The notes: generated from the sequence alone by a model not told the origin. A stretch of 32,000 nt of DNA from Candidatus Heimdallarchaeota archaeon (GCA_030668875.1 DAOVER010000012.1:1-32000), one strand, 5' to 3'; positions 16,735 through 26,928 are shown, counted from the stretch's first letter. Made by a program: numbers and translations.

Positions 16735-17751
16735 ATGAAAGTTTATTTATCAAAAGCAATTAGAATTAAGGGAAAGGAGTGGAGTATTGCTTGTGATAGC
16801 ACAAATTCAAAATATTATTCTCTAGTTTTTTATAGTCATGCACACTCTGACCATATTCCGAGAAAATTGCCAGCCACTGATATAATAAGCTCATTGGAAA
16901 CAAAATCATTATTAAAAAATTTCACATCTAATTTTTCAGAAGGACGATTCTTTGAAGATTACAAAATAGGTGAAACAAGTTTCAAACAACAATCAGCTGG
17001 ACACATTATTGGTTCAACAGCACTGAAAATCAAATCAAGTGAAGGTACTTTAATCTATACAGGCGATGTTTCGATTAGAAATAAAGGATTCATTGAACCT
17101 TTTAAACCTGACAAATGTGATACATTAATAATTGAAAGCACATTTGGTTTGTCGCAATATGAGTTTCCCAAATACGAACAAGTTATCAAAGAAACCCAGG
17201 AGTCAATAGCTGAAAATCTAGATAATAACACACCAGTAGTTTTAATGGGTTATGCTTTAGGGAAGGCTCAGATGCTTTATCATGCTTTTTCTCATCTGTC
17301 AGAAAATGTAATTTTGCACGGAGCTAACTACAAAATCAATTCCTTACTCAAGTCTGAAGGCATAAAGGGGGCTGTTGATTGTGTTTCCTACCAACATGCA
17401 AAGGAAAAAGGTTTGATGGAAAAGGAAGGAAATTGGATATTATTTGCACCATTAAAATCGGGTAGAGATGATTTTTATTCCTATTTGAGAAATAAATTTG
17501 GTGCAGTACTCTATGCATTTAGTGGATGGTGTATATCATCTAATTATAAGTACAGAATGAATGTTGATTATAGTGTCCCCATAAGTGATCATGCTGATTT
17601 CTCAGAACTCATAGAGATATGTGAGTCTTGCAATCCCGATAGAATATATACAATCTATGGGTCAAACATAGCATTTGCAGCTGAACTAAGACGTCGTGGA
17701 TTTAATGCTAATCCTTTGTCTAAGCAGACACTACTGGACTCTTACTTTTAG
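16735..17751 (+). CDS. Metallo-beta-lactamase/beta-CASP nuclease (ligase-associated exonuclease / SNM1-like)
   Basis: HAHSDH, AGHIIGS, YTGD, ESTFG and SDHADF motifs. Confidence 0.88.
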   Translation: MKVYLSKAIRIKGKEWSIACDSTNSKYYSLVFYSHAHSDHIPRKLPATDIISSLETKSLLKNFTSNFSEGRFFEDYKIGETSFKQQSAGHIIGSTALKIKSSEGTLIYTGDVSIRNKGFIEPFKPDKCDTLIIESTFGLSQYEFPKYEQVIKETQESIAENLDNNTPVVLMGYALGKAQMLYHAFSHLSENVILHGANYKINSLLKSEGIKGAVDCVSYQHAKEKGLMEKEGNWILFAPLKSGRDDFYSYLRNKFGAVLYAFSGWCISSNYKYRMNVDYSVPISDHADFSELIEICESCNPDRIYTIYGSNIAFAAELRRRGFNANPLSKQTLLDSYF

Positions 17752-17752
17752 G

Positions 17753-18154
17753 TTAAGAACTAACAATCAGATCTTCAATTTGTGTTTCTTTGTACAGGAT
17801 TTCACTAAGGTGAACTACCTGTATCGGAATATTTCTTCTTGCTAGGAAATCACGTGCATTCCCGCTAATTGAATTACATACTAAAATCAGTTTTTTAAGA
17901 TTAAGGGATTCTATCAACTGTTCAAGCTGAAGCACTTTATTTGTAGGAATACTTCTTCTCCAATTCATAGTTATAATGCCTATTCGAGGACCTTGAAGAT
18001 AAAAATCTAAAACATATTTAGTTCGTCCTAACTTGAAGGTTGCATTCTCTTGAACATTGAATTTTCTTTGAGACAATTCTTGTCTAAGTACGATATTTAC
18101 AACTGACTCTTGTTCATTCATTAATGATGAATTATTGGATTCTATTAAAAACAA
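17753..18154 (-). CDS. Restriction-endonuclease-fold (Mrr-like) protein, probably inactive
   Basis: FNVQEN...VLDFYL...WRRSIPTNKVLQL...KLILVCNSISGNARDFL fits Mrr_cat topology, but the (D/E)xK position reads TMN. Confidence 0.6.
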   Translation of the reverse strand: MFLIESNNSSLMNEQESVVNIVLRQELSQRKFNVQENATFKLGRTKYVLDFYLQGPRIGIITMNWRRSIPTNKVLQLEQLIESLNLKKLILVCNSISGNARDFLARRNIPIQVVHLSEILYKETQIEDLIVSS

Positions 18155-18276
18155 ATATTATTATCAACGTAATATGCTGAAAACATCACAAAAAGCCCTA
18201 ATTCTGACATAAATCGTGGGATGGATGAATTTCAAGCTTTTCGCATTTTAGCATAATTTTGAAAAAAAGAAAAAGG

Positions 18277-20820
18277 TTAACCGAAAATATATTTCATTTC
18301 TTTTCGGTTTGATAATCGTAGTAGTAGTTTATCAGCAAACGAAATATGGCTTTTCACCATAATTTTGGGAATGTCATTGAAGACATAAATATAGTCTATC
18401 TTTTTCCTTTCTTCTTCTAATTCCTTATTCTTTATTTTGTATAGAACTTTCTCTTCATCCACACCAATTAATTGACATGCAATTCCAACCTCTATTTCTT
18501 CTTTAGTATAGAGAATAACAGATTTTCCAATCAATGTTTGCAAAGTTACTGTTTGTTTAGCTATTTTATCTTTAGAAAATCTGAGAAGAACAGGAGGCAA
18601 TTCAATTAACAAATCTTTACCACTATAAGATACTTCTTCTATCTTGCCAGCTTTGTCAACTTCAAATATAAATGAAGATTCAGAAAATGTCTTCACTAGC
18701 TCAAAAGATTTTATTTTTGCTCCTCTATCAACTCCATCCACATAGAAGAAAACTTCATTGTTAATGTAACTCTCAAAGTACGAAATTGGTTTTCCTGTAT
18801 ATTTTTCAGTATAGATTTCCTCTTCATTGTTCAAAGATTTAAAAGTAAAAATCGGTTTATAGCTCTTTTCTGAGGTTTCGTATGACAATAGAATTCCAGT
18901 CTTTCCGTTCTTCGAAACATATTTTTCATTGATTTCAGCATCATGTATACTGTAATCAGAAATTTGAATACTCTTTAAATCACCATCTTTGGTCATGATA
19001 CTCAATGAGAGAGGTCGGCAAATTAATTCGTTTATAACAACACTTTCAGCGTTTCCGACAATAAGTATATCCTCTATGTGGTCATATGCAACAACATCTC
19101 GTCCCACTATCCTGGATACTAATTCATTCATCCTAGTTATTTCAAGGAAAGTTTTCACACCATCTTTTCCATAATATTCAATATATTTCGAAGATATTAA
19201 ATCGGTGAAAGCGTCTCTTTTTCTTGCAAATTTCTTTATTGTTTTACCCCTAATGAAATTTGGCAGAATAAGCCAATAAGGGAGTAAAGCTCCTTTGATT
19301 GGAGATAATTCATCATCAACCATAGCTTGTATTCTATAAGCTGATCTTGGATGAGACATGAAAATATTTGCTATCATGTCCCATCTACCTGGACGATAAA
19401 CATGTCGATACAATCGAATTGCAGCTTCACCTAGGAATCTTTGTTTTTCCTCCTCTGTGAATTCCTTTCCCGTCAATAATTGGACATTTACCCCAAAATC
19501 ACCAGCAACTCCTTGATAGAACCCCTCAAGTCTATACAAAGCTTGAGCTAGTTCTCTTCCGTATCCTGCTTTCTTTGTTTGATTGTCTGCATCACCTTCA
19601 AGCACTCTTACGAAGATGTAAAGGAAGGCTAGGATACCATAATTTATTAAGAAATAAACACCAAAAGAAACTTCCAAATCTCTGTATGCGGAATAGTCTA
19701 GTGTTGTTGCAGGAAGCAATAGTGCTTTTTTGATAATCATCTCAGTAGCAGCAATTACTTGTAGAATAACTATGTGTAATCTTTTATTGTGTGCTAGTTC
19801 GTGTGCCACTATGCCCCTTATATCATCATCATTGAATTCTACTAAATCTCTACAAATTATTGTTATTCTTTGATCAAACCAAGGACCAAAAGCCATGGCA
19901 TTAAGAATGGGGGCTTCAACAAAACCTACTTTTAATTTCCTCTTTATTCCCATTTTTACTCTTACTTCCTCTACTAAAGATAATATTCTTTCATCCTTAA
20001 TTGGTTTAATCCCTAATAGTTTTGTTAAAAGTGGTCCAGAAATAAAATACATACCAAGAGCTGCAAAAATCAACAACTCATATGGACCTAGAGATAAGAA
20101 AACGATTCTCTCTGCATAACTGATACTTTCCGGTCCCAAATAAAACCAAGAAAGGTTTGAAACCGTTTCTGAGGAAATAACTTCAATGTTTATTAGGATA
20201 TCAATAACAATGTACAATGTTACATAAATTAATCCAAAGAGCACCAGATACAATACCTGAGGAGACATCAATCTGCTAACTAGAACAAATTTCTTACCAA
20301 AGAAAATCAGAGCCATTATTATGAATACAAAAATCATGATATTATATGCCCAAGCTGTGAATAGATCACTGCCTTTCCCAAACATTTCATGAACAAATCC
20401 CCCAATTATACCATCCGTTGATCGAAAGATAGCAGAGCTTTGAATATTGCTGGTTAACATGTCGTAAACAAAATCTCCTACTGTACCTACAAGAAAAACT
20501 AAGTAAGTTGTAAGTGAAATAATCATAAACTCTCTCCAGACTGGTGAGCGCCATAACTGGAATGTTTGATATAAAGCAAGTACAAATAGACCAAGTGCTA
20601 TTGCCATTAACCAGTCTTCAAAAACGATTAGCACCGCTCCAAAAGTCAAGCCAATAAATGCCAGCATCAAATTTTCAGATGTAGTTCCGTGTCGAATAAT
20701 TGTTATTAATTCAGATATTAGAAAAAATAATCCGAGCAAAACAATAATTACTCCAAGAATTGAATTTGTGCTTTTAGATAAATAACCCCAAGCTAAATCC
20801 ATAATTTCATTAAATGACAT
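18277..20820 (-). CDS. Multi-TM M48 (HtpX/Ste24-like) zinc metalloprotease with a long C-terminal beta-rich extension
   Basis: About 8-9 hydrophobic helices; ILNAMAFG, GIVAHELAH (HExxH), EGDAD and SHPRSAYRI motifs; roughly 300 aa soluble C-terminus. Confidence 0.88.
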   Translation of the reverse strand: MSFNEIMDLAWGYLSKSTNSILGVIIVLLGLFFLISELITIIRHGTTSENLMLAFIGLTFGAVLIVFEDWLMAIALGLFVLALYQTFQLWRSPVWREFMIISLTTYLVFLVGTVGDFVYDMLTSNIQSSAIFRSTDGIIGGFVHEMFGKGSDLFTAWAYNIMIFVFIIMALIFFGKKFVLVSRLMSPQVLYLVLFGLIYVTLYIVIDILINIEVISSETVSNLSWFYLGPESISYAERIVFLSLGPYELLIFAALGMYFISGPLLTKLLGIKPIKDERILSLVEEVRVKMGIKRKLKVGFVEAPILNAMAFGPWFDQRITIICRDLVEFNDDDIRGIVAHELAHNKRLHIVILQVIAATEMIIKKALLLPATTLDYSAYRDLEVSFGVYFLINYGILAFLYIFVRVLEGDADNQTKKAGYGRELAQALYRLEGFYQGVAGDFGVNVQLLTGKEFTEEEKQRFLGEAAIRLYRHVYRPGRWDMIANIFMSHPRSAYRIQAMVDDELSPIKGALLPYWLILPNFIRGKTIKKFARKRDAFTDLISSKYIEYYGKDGVKTFLEITRMNELVSRIVGRDVVAYDHIEDILIVGNAESVVINELICRPLSLSIMTKDGDLKSIQISDYSIHDAEINEKYVSKNGKTGILLSYETSEKSYKPIFTFKSLNNEEEIYTEKYTGKPISYFESYINNEVFFYVDGVDRGAKIKSFELVKTFSESSFIFEVDKAGKIEEVSYSGKDLLIELPPVLLRFSKDKIAKQTVTLQTLIGKSVILYTKEEIEVGIACQLIGVDEEKVLYKIKNKELEEERKKIDYIYVFNDIPKIMVKSHISFADKLLLRLSNRKEMKYIFG

Positions 20821-20934
20821 ATTATCATTGGCTTGGAATTAAAGAGCATTTAAAATGTTTTGTCTTTGGAAAATAATCTGCTTGTAATGTATCTCATTGG
20901 AAAGTTTATTATCTTAATTAGAAAGAAGTAAGTA

Positions 20935-22500
20935 ATGATTCCTTATCCCTCCAAGGTGGAACCTAAGGAGAATAAATTCACCCTTAATAGTGAAACAAGG
21001 GTAAGTTTTTCTCCTGAACTTACGCAAGTAGTAGACTACTTGAAAGATTTGATTAGTAATTCAACAGGATTTAGTTTAGCAACCAATCTTGAAACTAACA
21101 AGAAGAACACAATCAGTTTAATTTTACATGATACAAATAAAATAGAGAACACAGAGGGATATCAATTATCCATAAATATGGATAACATAATAATCGAAGC
21201 TACAACTCATCAAGGCATATTCTATGGCATTCAAACCCTTAGGCAATTATTCCCTATAGAAATTGAAAGTAGAGAAGTAATTGAAGAATTTATCTGGACT
21301 GTTCCCTGTATGTCCATAGTGGATAACCCTAGATTCAAATGGAGAGGACTAATGTTTGATGTCGGTCGGCATTTCCACGATATGGAGACAATAAAACGAA
21401 CTATAGACTTGCTAGCACTAATTAAGATGAACATTTTTCACTGGCACCTTACAGAAGATCAAGGTTGGCGTATTGAGATTAAAAAATATCCCAAGTTAAT
21501 AGAAATTGGGTCAAAAAGAGAGGATACAAAGATTGGTGGGTGGACTAGTAATAAATTTCGGGGAAAATCGCACACAGGTCACTATACACAGGAACAAATA
21601 AAGGAAATAATCGAATATGCAAGCAAGAGATTCATAACCGTTATTCCAGAAATAGAGATACCAGGGCACTCATCAGCAGCAATTGCATCATATCCTGGAT
21701 TAAGTTGTGATAATAAAGAGATCAATGTTCCAACCAAATTTGGAATCTTCTATGATATATTGTGTCCTGGTAAGGAAACGACATTCGAGTTTCTTGAGAA
21801 TGTTCTAGAAGAAGTTATTAGTTTATTTCCAGCTGATATAATTCACATTGGAGGAGATGAAGCTCCCAAGAAAAAATGGAGACAATGTAAAGATTGTCAG
21901 AAAAGGATGAAAGATGAAGATTTGAAATCTATACATGAGCTACAGCATTACACCACTAAACGAATAGGGAAGTTCTTAGCAAGTAAAGGTAAAAGATTAA
22001 TGGGATGGAATGAAATATTAACAGAGACCACAGATAGAAAATTCATTGCACAATGGTGGATGAGAGGGAAGAGGGATATTAAAAAACATATTAACGAGGG
22101 AGGAGAAGTAGTTATTTCTAAGTTTTCCCGTGTTTATCTTGATTATAATTACATCGTGACACCACTGAAAAAAACCTATTCTCATGAGCCTATGTTAAAG
22201 AAAATTAAGCCTGAACAGCAGAAACAGTTACTCGGAGTTGAAGCACCAATATGGACAGAATGGGTTCCTAATAGAGACCGACTAGATTGGCAAGTATTTC
22301 CTAGATTAGCAGCTGTTTCTGAAATCGGATGGACGAGCAGGAGTAATAAAAACTACAAAAGTTTCAGAAAGAGACTTATCAGCTTTTCCCGAAGATTAGA
22401 CTATTTGGGAGTTAATCATGCAGATCTAGAGAAGGTTGATCCTAATCTGTTGAAAAGAATATGGAATTTAAGAAGAGTACTTAAATGGCCAGAAATCTGA
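20935..22500 (+). CDS. GH20 beta-N-acetylhexosaminidase, no signal peptide
   Basis: PRFKWRGLMFDVGRHF, FHWHLTEDQGWR, PEIEIPGH, IHIGGDEA (catalytic DE) and WTEW...FPR motifs. Confidence 0.93.
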   Translation: MIPYPSKVEPKENKFTLNSETRVSFSPELTQVVDYLKDLISNSTGFSLATNLETNKKNTISLILHDTNKIENTEGYQLSINMDNIIIEATTHQGIFYGIQTLRQLFPIEIESREVIEEFIWTVPCMSIVDNPRFKWRGLMFDVGRHFHDMETIKRTIDLLALIKMNIFHWHLTEDQGWRIEIKKYPKLIEIGSKREDTKIGGWTSNKFRGKSHTGHYTQEQIKEIIEYASKRFITVIPEIEIPGHSSAAIASYPGLSCDNKEINVPTKFGIFYDILCPGKETTFEFLENVLEEVISLFPADIIHIGGDEAPKKKWRQCKDCQKRMKDEDLKSIHELQHYTTKRIGKFLASKGKRLMGWNEILTETTDRKFIAQWWMRGKRDIKKHINEGGEVVISKFSRVYLDYNYIVTPLKKTYSHEPMLKKIKPEQQKQLLGVEAPIWTEWVPNRDRLDWQVFPRLAAVSEIGWTSRSNKNYKSFRKRLISFSRRLDYLGVNHADLEKVDPNLLKRIWNLRRVLKWPEI

Positions 22501-22599
22501 TTAAAATTTTGTAAATATCAACCTCAATAGAAAACGGATTTAGAACAACCTCTTCCAAAAGAAATAATAACAATATGCTGTGTATGTAGTTAGAGAATC

Positions 22600-23304
22600 A
22601 TGTCTGATGTAGAAAAGAAGATGAATATCTTAATTGACGAAGCAAATGCAAATTATAATGCGAGCAGGTTCAAGGATGCAGCTAGAACTTTTGAACATCT
22701 TATTTCACTTGCAATTAAAAATATGGAACCTGAGGAAGCTATCTATTTTGCTTACCGTGCTGCAGACTGTTGGAAGAAAGAAAAGAACGACATGAATAGA
22801 GTTTTAATTTTCAAAGATATTGCAAAATTAGCATTTAACTTTTCATCTCAAATAGCTGATAACATTGTGAAAAAAACTAAAAAACAAGAGGATAAGGCAA
22901 AGGCTTTAGATATTGCGGGAGAATGTTTGTTGTATATTGATCCAACAACTGCTAAACAAAAACTGACTGAAAGTATCAAAATATCAAGCAAGCTTGCAGA
23001 AATGGCAAAAACTGAAGAAGAGAAAATAAATTTTCTACTAAATTCACTAGAATCAGCAAAGAAACTAGCTGATAAAAAACAGGTAAAAGAGCTACGAGTT
23101 CAAATTGCTAATCGTCATGTAAACAACGCAGAAGCGGAGATGAAGAAAGGATCCCCGGAAAATCTCCAGAAAGCTCTAAGATCCTTTGAAGATGCTCTTG
23201 AAATTTACGATGTACTTAAAATAAAAGAGGATATTCAAGGAATATCAAAGAAAATTGATAAATTGAAAGCAAAAGTTGCAAAGTATGATCCATTTGCAAC
23301 ATAA
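22600..23304 (+). CDS. Alpha-helical repeat protein, alpha-SNAP/TPR-like
   Basis: Repeats AIYFAYRAADCWKK and KAKALDIAGECLLYIDPTTAKQKLTESIKI resemble NSF-attachment-protein helical hairpins. Confidence 0.6.
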   Translation: MSDVEKKMNILIDEANANYNASRFKDAARTFEHLISLAIKNMEPEEAIYFAYRAADCWKKEKNDMNRVLIFKDIAKLAFNFSSQIADNIVKKTKKQEDKAKALDIAGECLLYIDPTTAKQKLTESIKISSKLAEMAKTEEEKINFLLNSLESAKKLADKKQVKELRVQIANRHVNNAEAEMKKGSPENLQKALRSFEDALEIYDVLKIKEDIQGISKKIDKLKAKVAKYDPFAT

Positions 23305-23402
23305 ATAAAAGAACACATAGTTTTTCTAGTTTAAAGAAGTCATTACTGAATGTGCTTAGTAAAGTAAAATTCAAAAAAGGAACAAGTAATTATCAGATAA
23401 AT

Positions 23403-23479
23403 GGTCCCGTAGCTCAGCTGGATAGAGCGTTTGCCTCCTAAGCAAATGGTCGTGCGTTCGAATCGCATCGGGATCGCCA
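23403..23479 (+). tRNA. tRNA-Arg(CCT), CCA encoded
   Basis: GGTCCCG/CGGGATC acceptor stem, TTTGC-CTCCTAA-GCAAA anticodon arm, GTGCG-TTCGAAT-CGCAT T arm, ending in GCCA. Confidence 0.95.
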
Positions 23480-23531
23480 AATCTTATACCAATAGAGTTC
23501 TGTGGTTATTATGAGTTCAAGAAATAACAAA

Positions 23532-24047
23532 ATGATTCGGGTCTCTATTTGCAATTTTCATACTTGTAATCCGAAAATATGTACAGCTCAAAAAATCATC
23601 AGATCTAAAAAAGCATTTGAAATTCAAATCAAACAAATACAATCTCAGAGTATAGTATTAACTCCTTTTTCTTTCACCGCTATTTCAATAGAGGATCGTG
23701 AATTAGCGTTAAGAAATGGATTAATTGGTGTAGATTGTTCTTGGAATAACATAGAAGGGGGGGAAGAAGCTTTGAGTAGAGGAACAGGTAGAGCACTACC
23801 CTTCTTAGTTGCTGCAAATCCTGTAAACTATGGGAAACCTTCAAAGTTAAGCACACTCGAAGCAATAGCTGCTGCATTGTATATTTTAGGTGACAGGACT
23901 CAATCAGAAGAAATTTTATCACTTGTTAAATGGGGGGGTGAGTTTTTGAAAATAAATAAGAAATATCTTGAACTATATGCGAATGCGAAAAGCAGTAAAG
24001 AAGTAGTTGAAGCTCAAACAAACATAATGGATGAGCTTTATGACTAA
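23532..24047 (+). CDS. tsr3: 16S/18S rRNA aminocarboxypropyltransferase Tsr3 (DUF367)
   Basis: CNPKICT, GVDCSWN and RALPFLVAANPVNYGKPSKLSTLEAIAAALYI motifs. The start could be 23502, 23511 or 23532. Confidence 0.93.
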   Translation: MIRVSICNFHTCNPKICTAQKIIRSKKAFEIQIKQIQSQSIVLTPFSFTAISIEDRELALRNGLIGVDCSWNNIEGGEEALSRGTGRALPFLVAANPVNYGKPSKLSTLEAIAAALYILGDRTQSEEILSLVKWGGEFLKINKKYLELYANAKSSKEVVEAQTNIMDELYD

Positions 24048-24112
24048 GGAAAAAACTGACAATAAACAGCTTTGAGCAGAAATGTTATAATTGTGGAAGT
24101 TACGCAATAATT

Positions 24113-25228
24113 ATGAAAATAGGCATCAACTGTTTTCCAACTGTAGGAGGGTCAGGTATAGTTGCTACTCAACTAGCTATTGAAATAGCTAAAAAAGGTC
24201 ATGAAGTTCATCTCATCAGCTACGACACACCATTTTTGTTACGAACTTTTCGACATCCTAACATAACTCTTGATCTAGTAGATATTATCTCATATCCACT
24301 TTTCAAAGATATTGGTGCCCCTTATACCATTCTCGCAGCTTCAAAACTTGTACAAATAGCTAGAAAATCAGAGATTGATTTAATGCATATTCATTATGCA
24401 ATACCAGTAGGGGTCTCAGCATATTTAACCAAGCAAATCGCTAATGTTCCCGTAGCAATAACAGCCCATGGATCAGATATTCACACATTAGGAATTGACC
24501 CTGCATATAATCCTATAATATCCCACGTTTTTGATAATGTAGATGGAATGTCAACAGTATCTAATTACTTGAAAGAAGAGATGATCAACAAGTTTTCTAG
24601 TCAAAAAGAGATTGAAGTTTTCTACAATCCAATTGATATTAATAAATACAAAAAGATAGACACCGAGCTTTGTGATTTTAGGCTTAAACATGAGAAAAAT
24701 TTTGCGCATATTTCTAACTTTAGACCAGTAAAGAGAGCTCCTTTTATTGTCGAAGCATTCGCAGAAGTTGTTAAAGAACATCCTGATTTAGGATTGATTA
24801 TGGTTGGAGAGGGACCAGAAAGAAAGAAATGTGAAGAACTAGCATACAAATTAGGAATCTCAGACCATGTGATATTCCAAGGAGTTCGTGTTGCTCTCAC
24901 ATCTATTTACAATTGTGCAACAGCTCTTCTCTCAGCAAGTACTAACGAAAGCTTCGGTTTAACTCTTGCTGAAGCTATGGCTTGTGAAGTACCTGTCATT
25001 GCTCCAAGAGTTGGAGGTATTCCCGAGGTTATTGATCACAATGAAAATGGATTCATGTACGAGTTAGAGGATAAAACTGCATTGATCGACTACATGAAGC
25101 AACTTTTGGATGATGAACAATTGAAACTGAAATTTGGTAGAAATGGAAGAAACAAGGTAGAAAAACAGTTCGAATCGTCTAAGATTGCAGATCAATATAT
25201 TGCTTGGTACGAAAAATTATTGGAGTAA
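24113..25228 (+). CDS. bshA: N-acetyl-alpha-D-glucosaminyl L-malate synthase (GT4)
   Basis: MKIGINCFPTVGGSGIVATQL, HIHYAIP, TAHGSDI, HISNFRPVKR and ESFGLTLAEAM match BshA signatures. Confidence 0.92.
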   Translation: MKIGINCFPTVGGSGIVATQLAIEIAKKGHEVHLISYDTPFLLRTFRHPNITLDLVDIISYPLFKDIGAPYTILAASKLVQIARKSEIDLMHIHYAIPVGVSAYLTKQIANVPVAITAHGSDIHTLGIDPAYNPIISHVFDNVDGMSTVSNYLKEEMINKFSSQKEIEVFYNPIDINKYKKIDTELCDFRLKHEKNFAHISNFRPVKRAPFIVEAFAEVVKEHPDLGLIMVGEGPERKKCEELAYKLGISDHVIFQGVRVALTSIYNCATALLSASTNESFGLTLAEAMACEVPVIAPRVGGIPEVIDHNENGFMYELEDKTALIDYMKQLLDDEQLKLKFGRNGRNKVEKQFESSKIADQYIAWYEKLLE

Positions 25229-26851
25229 TCACAGCATAGAATTGATGAACCCAATTCCCCCTACGGGCGTATCCGGGGAGTAATGTCTTCTATATGAAGC
25301 TATACCATCATTTAAACCAGTAACAGCAGCCATTACAAACCATGGCCAACTGACTTCTTGCCATTGATGTTTGTCATCATACATACCATATTGCCAGGAT
25401 TTAAATCGATCAATGAGACTGGTTGGTTTGTTTTTTACTTTCTTAATAGCTAATCTTCTATTATTGACATAATCACCTAGATTTTTAGTATGTTTTTTGA
25501 GCTCAGTTATTTCGCCCTTTCTTCTTGCTTTTGCAAGAGAACCTAAAATGCCAAAGAATTCTGGAGTAAGAATTGAAAATGGTTCAAGAGAAGGATCCTT
25601 GCTATATTTCTCAATCCAAGGTGTGTTATATAGCATTCGAGTGTATTTCACGTATAATGGAAACTTAAAACCTAGTTTTTGAACAGCTGGAATAACTTGA
25701 GCATTATAATTAATTTCTCCAGGCCCAGATATTCTGATATACGTGGGGATAATAGTTTGAAGTAGAGCTTGATTAGTATCCAGACGTGGATAAAGGTTCT
25801 TTACGTGAGATGATAGATCAATATTATCTTTACTCACACTGAATGAATAGTCAACACTATCAATAGGACACTTCCCTTGAAAAAGTAAAACACCATCATT
25901 CTCCCTACATGACATTTTAATTCTGTAATGATCATTCGGACATTCATAAAAGAAAGGAGAATAATCAGGTTTCTTTTTCGCTGTAGTTGGTTTGAATCCT
26001 AGTTCTTCAATTTTCTCTGTTGCTCTATTAAACTCGCAAATATAGTTAGATCGAGATTGTAAAAATGGTGCATATCCCTCAGAGGTCATTTTACGAATTT
26101 CTGGATGGGAAGTTGGAAAGAACACTATCCCCCAGTCATTGATAATGTTTGTTTGAATACCCCAGATAAGTGTCATCCATTCACCTAAGTCTGATGAGCT
26201 TCTGTATGTTTCTCTAAGGAAAGTAAGGATATGTTCGGTTTTTTCGAGAAATAATTTCGATTTATCCTTGTTTATAGTGGATTTGAATTCACTAAATATA
26301 TTCTTGATGACTGAAAGACTCTCTTCTAACCATGTGTAATTATTAGAAGTAATTGTGTTTGCTATAATGCCTTCTATAGCATCAGGAAGATTTATTGCCT
26401 TACTGACTGATGATTGATAATTTGGCAGATGAATTGTTGTAATTTCAGGTTGAATGCTATCATGGGTATTGATTAAAAAGACTGGAACTAGAAATTTTCC
26501 TTTCTTCTTACTAATTTCGGATACATTGGCAATTGCGGAAATCTTATTTCCAATTATTCCAGTACCACCAAATATAGTAGCTTGTTGACCTGCTAATACA
26601 ACTCCTTCTTGTAATTTTGAAATATTATCTTCTGTTTTTGGAGTGAGAATTCCAAGACTTTCATGATACTTTGTAAGTATGTGTTTAATTTTTGAGATCT
26701 TTCCACCTTCAATCTTAATCTCAGGCATTGAAGATGCATATTCTACAGCATCACCATAAGTTTTGGGAATATTGTTGTAAAAGTAAGCAGAATCTGGAAA
26801 ATCAGCTTGTTCATTCAAATAAGCTTCGTACAAATCTCCAATTCTTTCCAT
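25229..26851 (-). CDS. bshC: Bacillithiol biosynthesis cysteine-adding enzyme BshC
   Basis: GQQATIFGG (cf. GQQAGLFxG), THDS, ISGPGEINY (cf. GGPGEIAY) and a C-terminal WQE; tail-to-tail with bshA with no gap. Start ATG 26851 is preferred over 26884. Confidence 0.85.
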   Translation of the reverse strand: MERIGDLYEAYLNEQADFPDSAYFYNNIPKTYGDAVEYASSMPEIKIEGGKISKIKHILTKYHESLGILTPKTEDNISKLQEGVVLAGQQATIFGGTGIIGNKISAIANVSEISKKKGKFLVPVFLINTHDSIQPEITTIHLPNYQSSVSKAINLPDAIEGIIANTITSNNYTWLEESLSVIKNIFSEFKSTINKDKSKLFLEKTEHILTFLRETYRSSSDLGEWMTLIWGIQTNIINDWGIVFFPTSHPEIRKMTSEGYAPFLQSRSNYICEFNRATEKIEELGFKPTTAKKKPDYSPFFYECPNDHYRIKMSCRENDGVLLFQGKCPIDSVDYSFSVSKDNIDLSSHVKNLYPRLDTNQALLQTIIPTYIRISGPGEINYNAQVIPAVQKLGFKFPLYVKYTRMLYNTPWIEKYSKDPSLEPFSILTPEFFGILGSLAKARRKGEITELKKHTKNLGDYVNNRRLAIKKVKNKPTSLIDRFKSWQYGMYDDKHQWQEVSWPWFVMAAVTGLNDGIASYRRHYSPDTPVGGIGFINSML

Positions 26852-26928
26852 ATTAGAAGGTGAATCTCTACATGTTCTTAACAATTCTTATATATCATTT
26901 TTCCAGGTTTATTCTAGAGGAATCAAAC

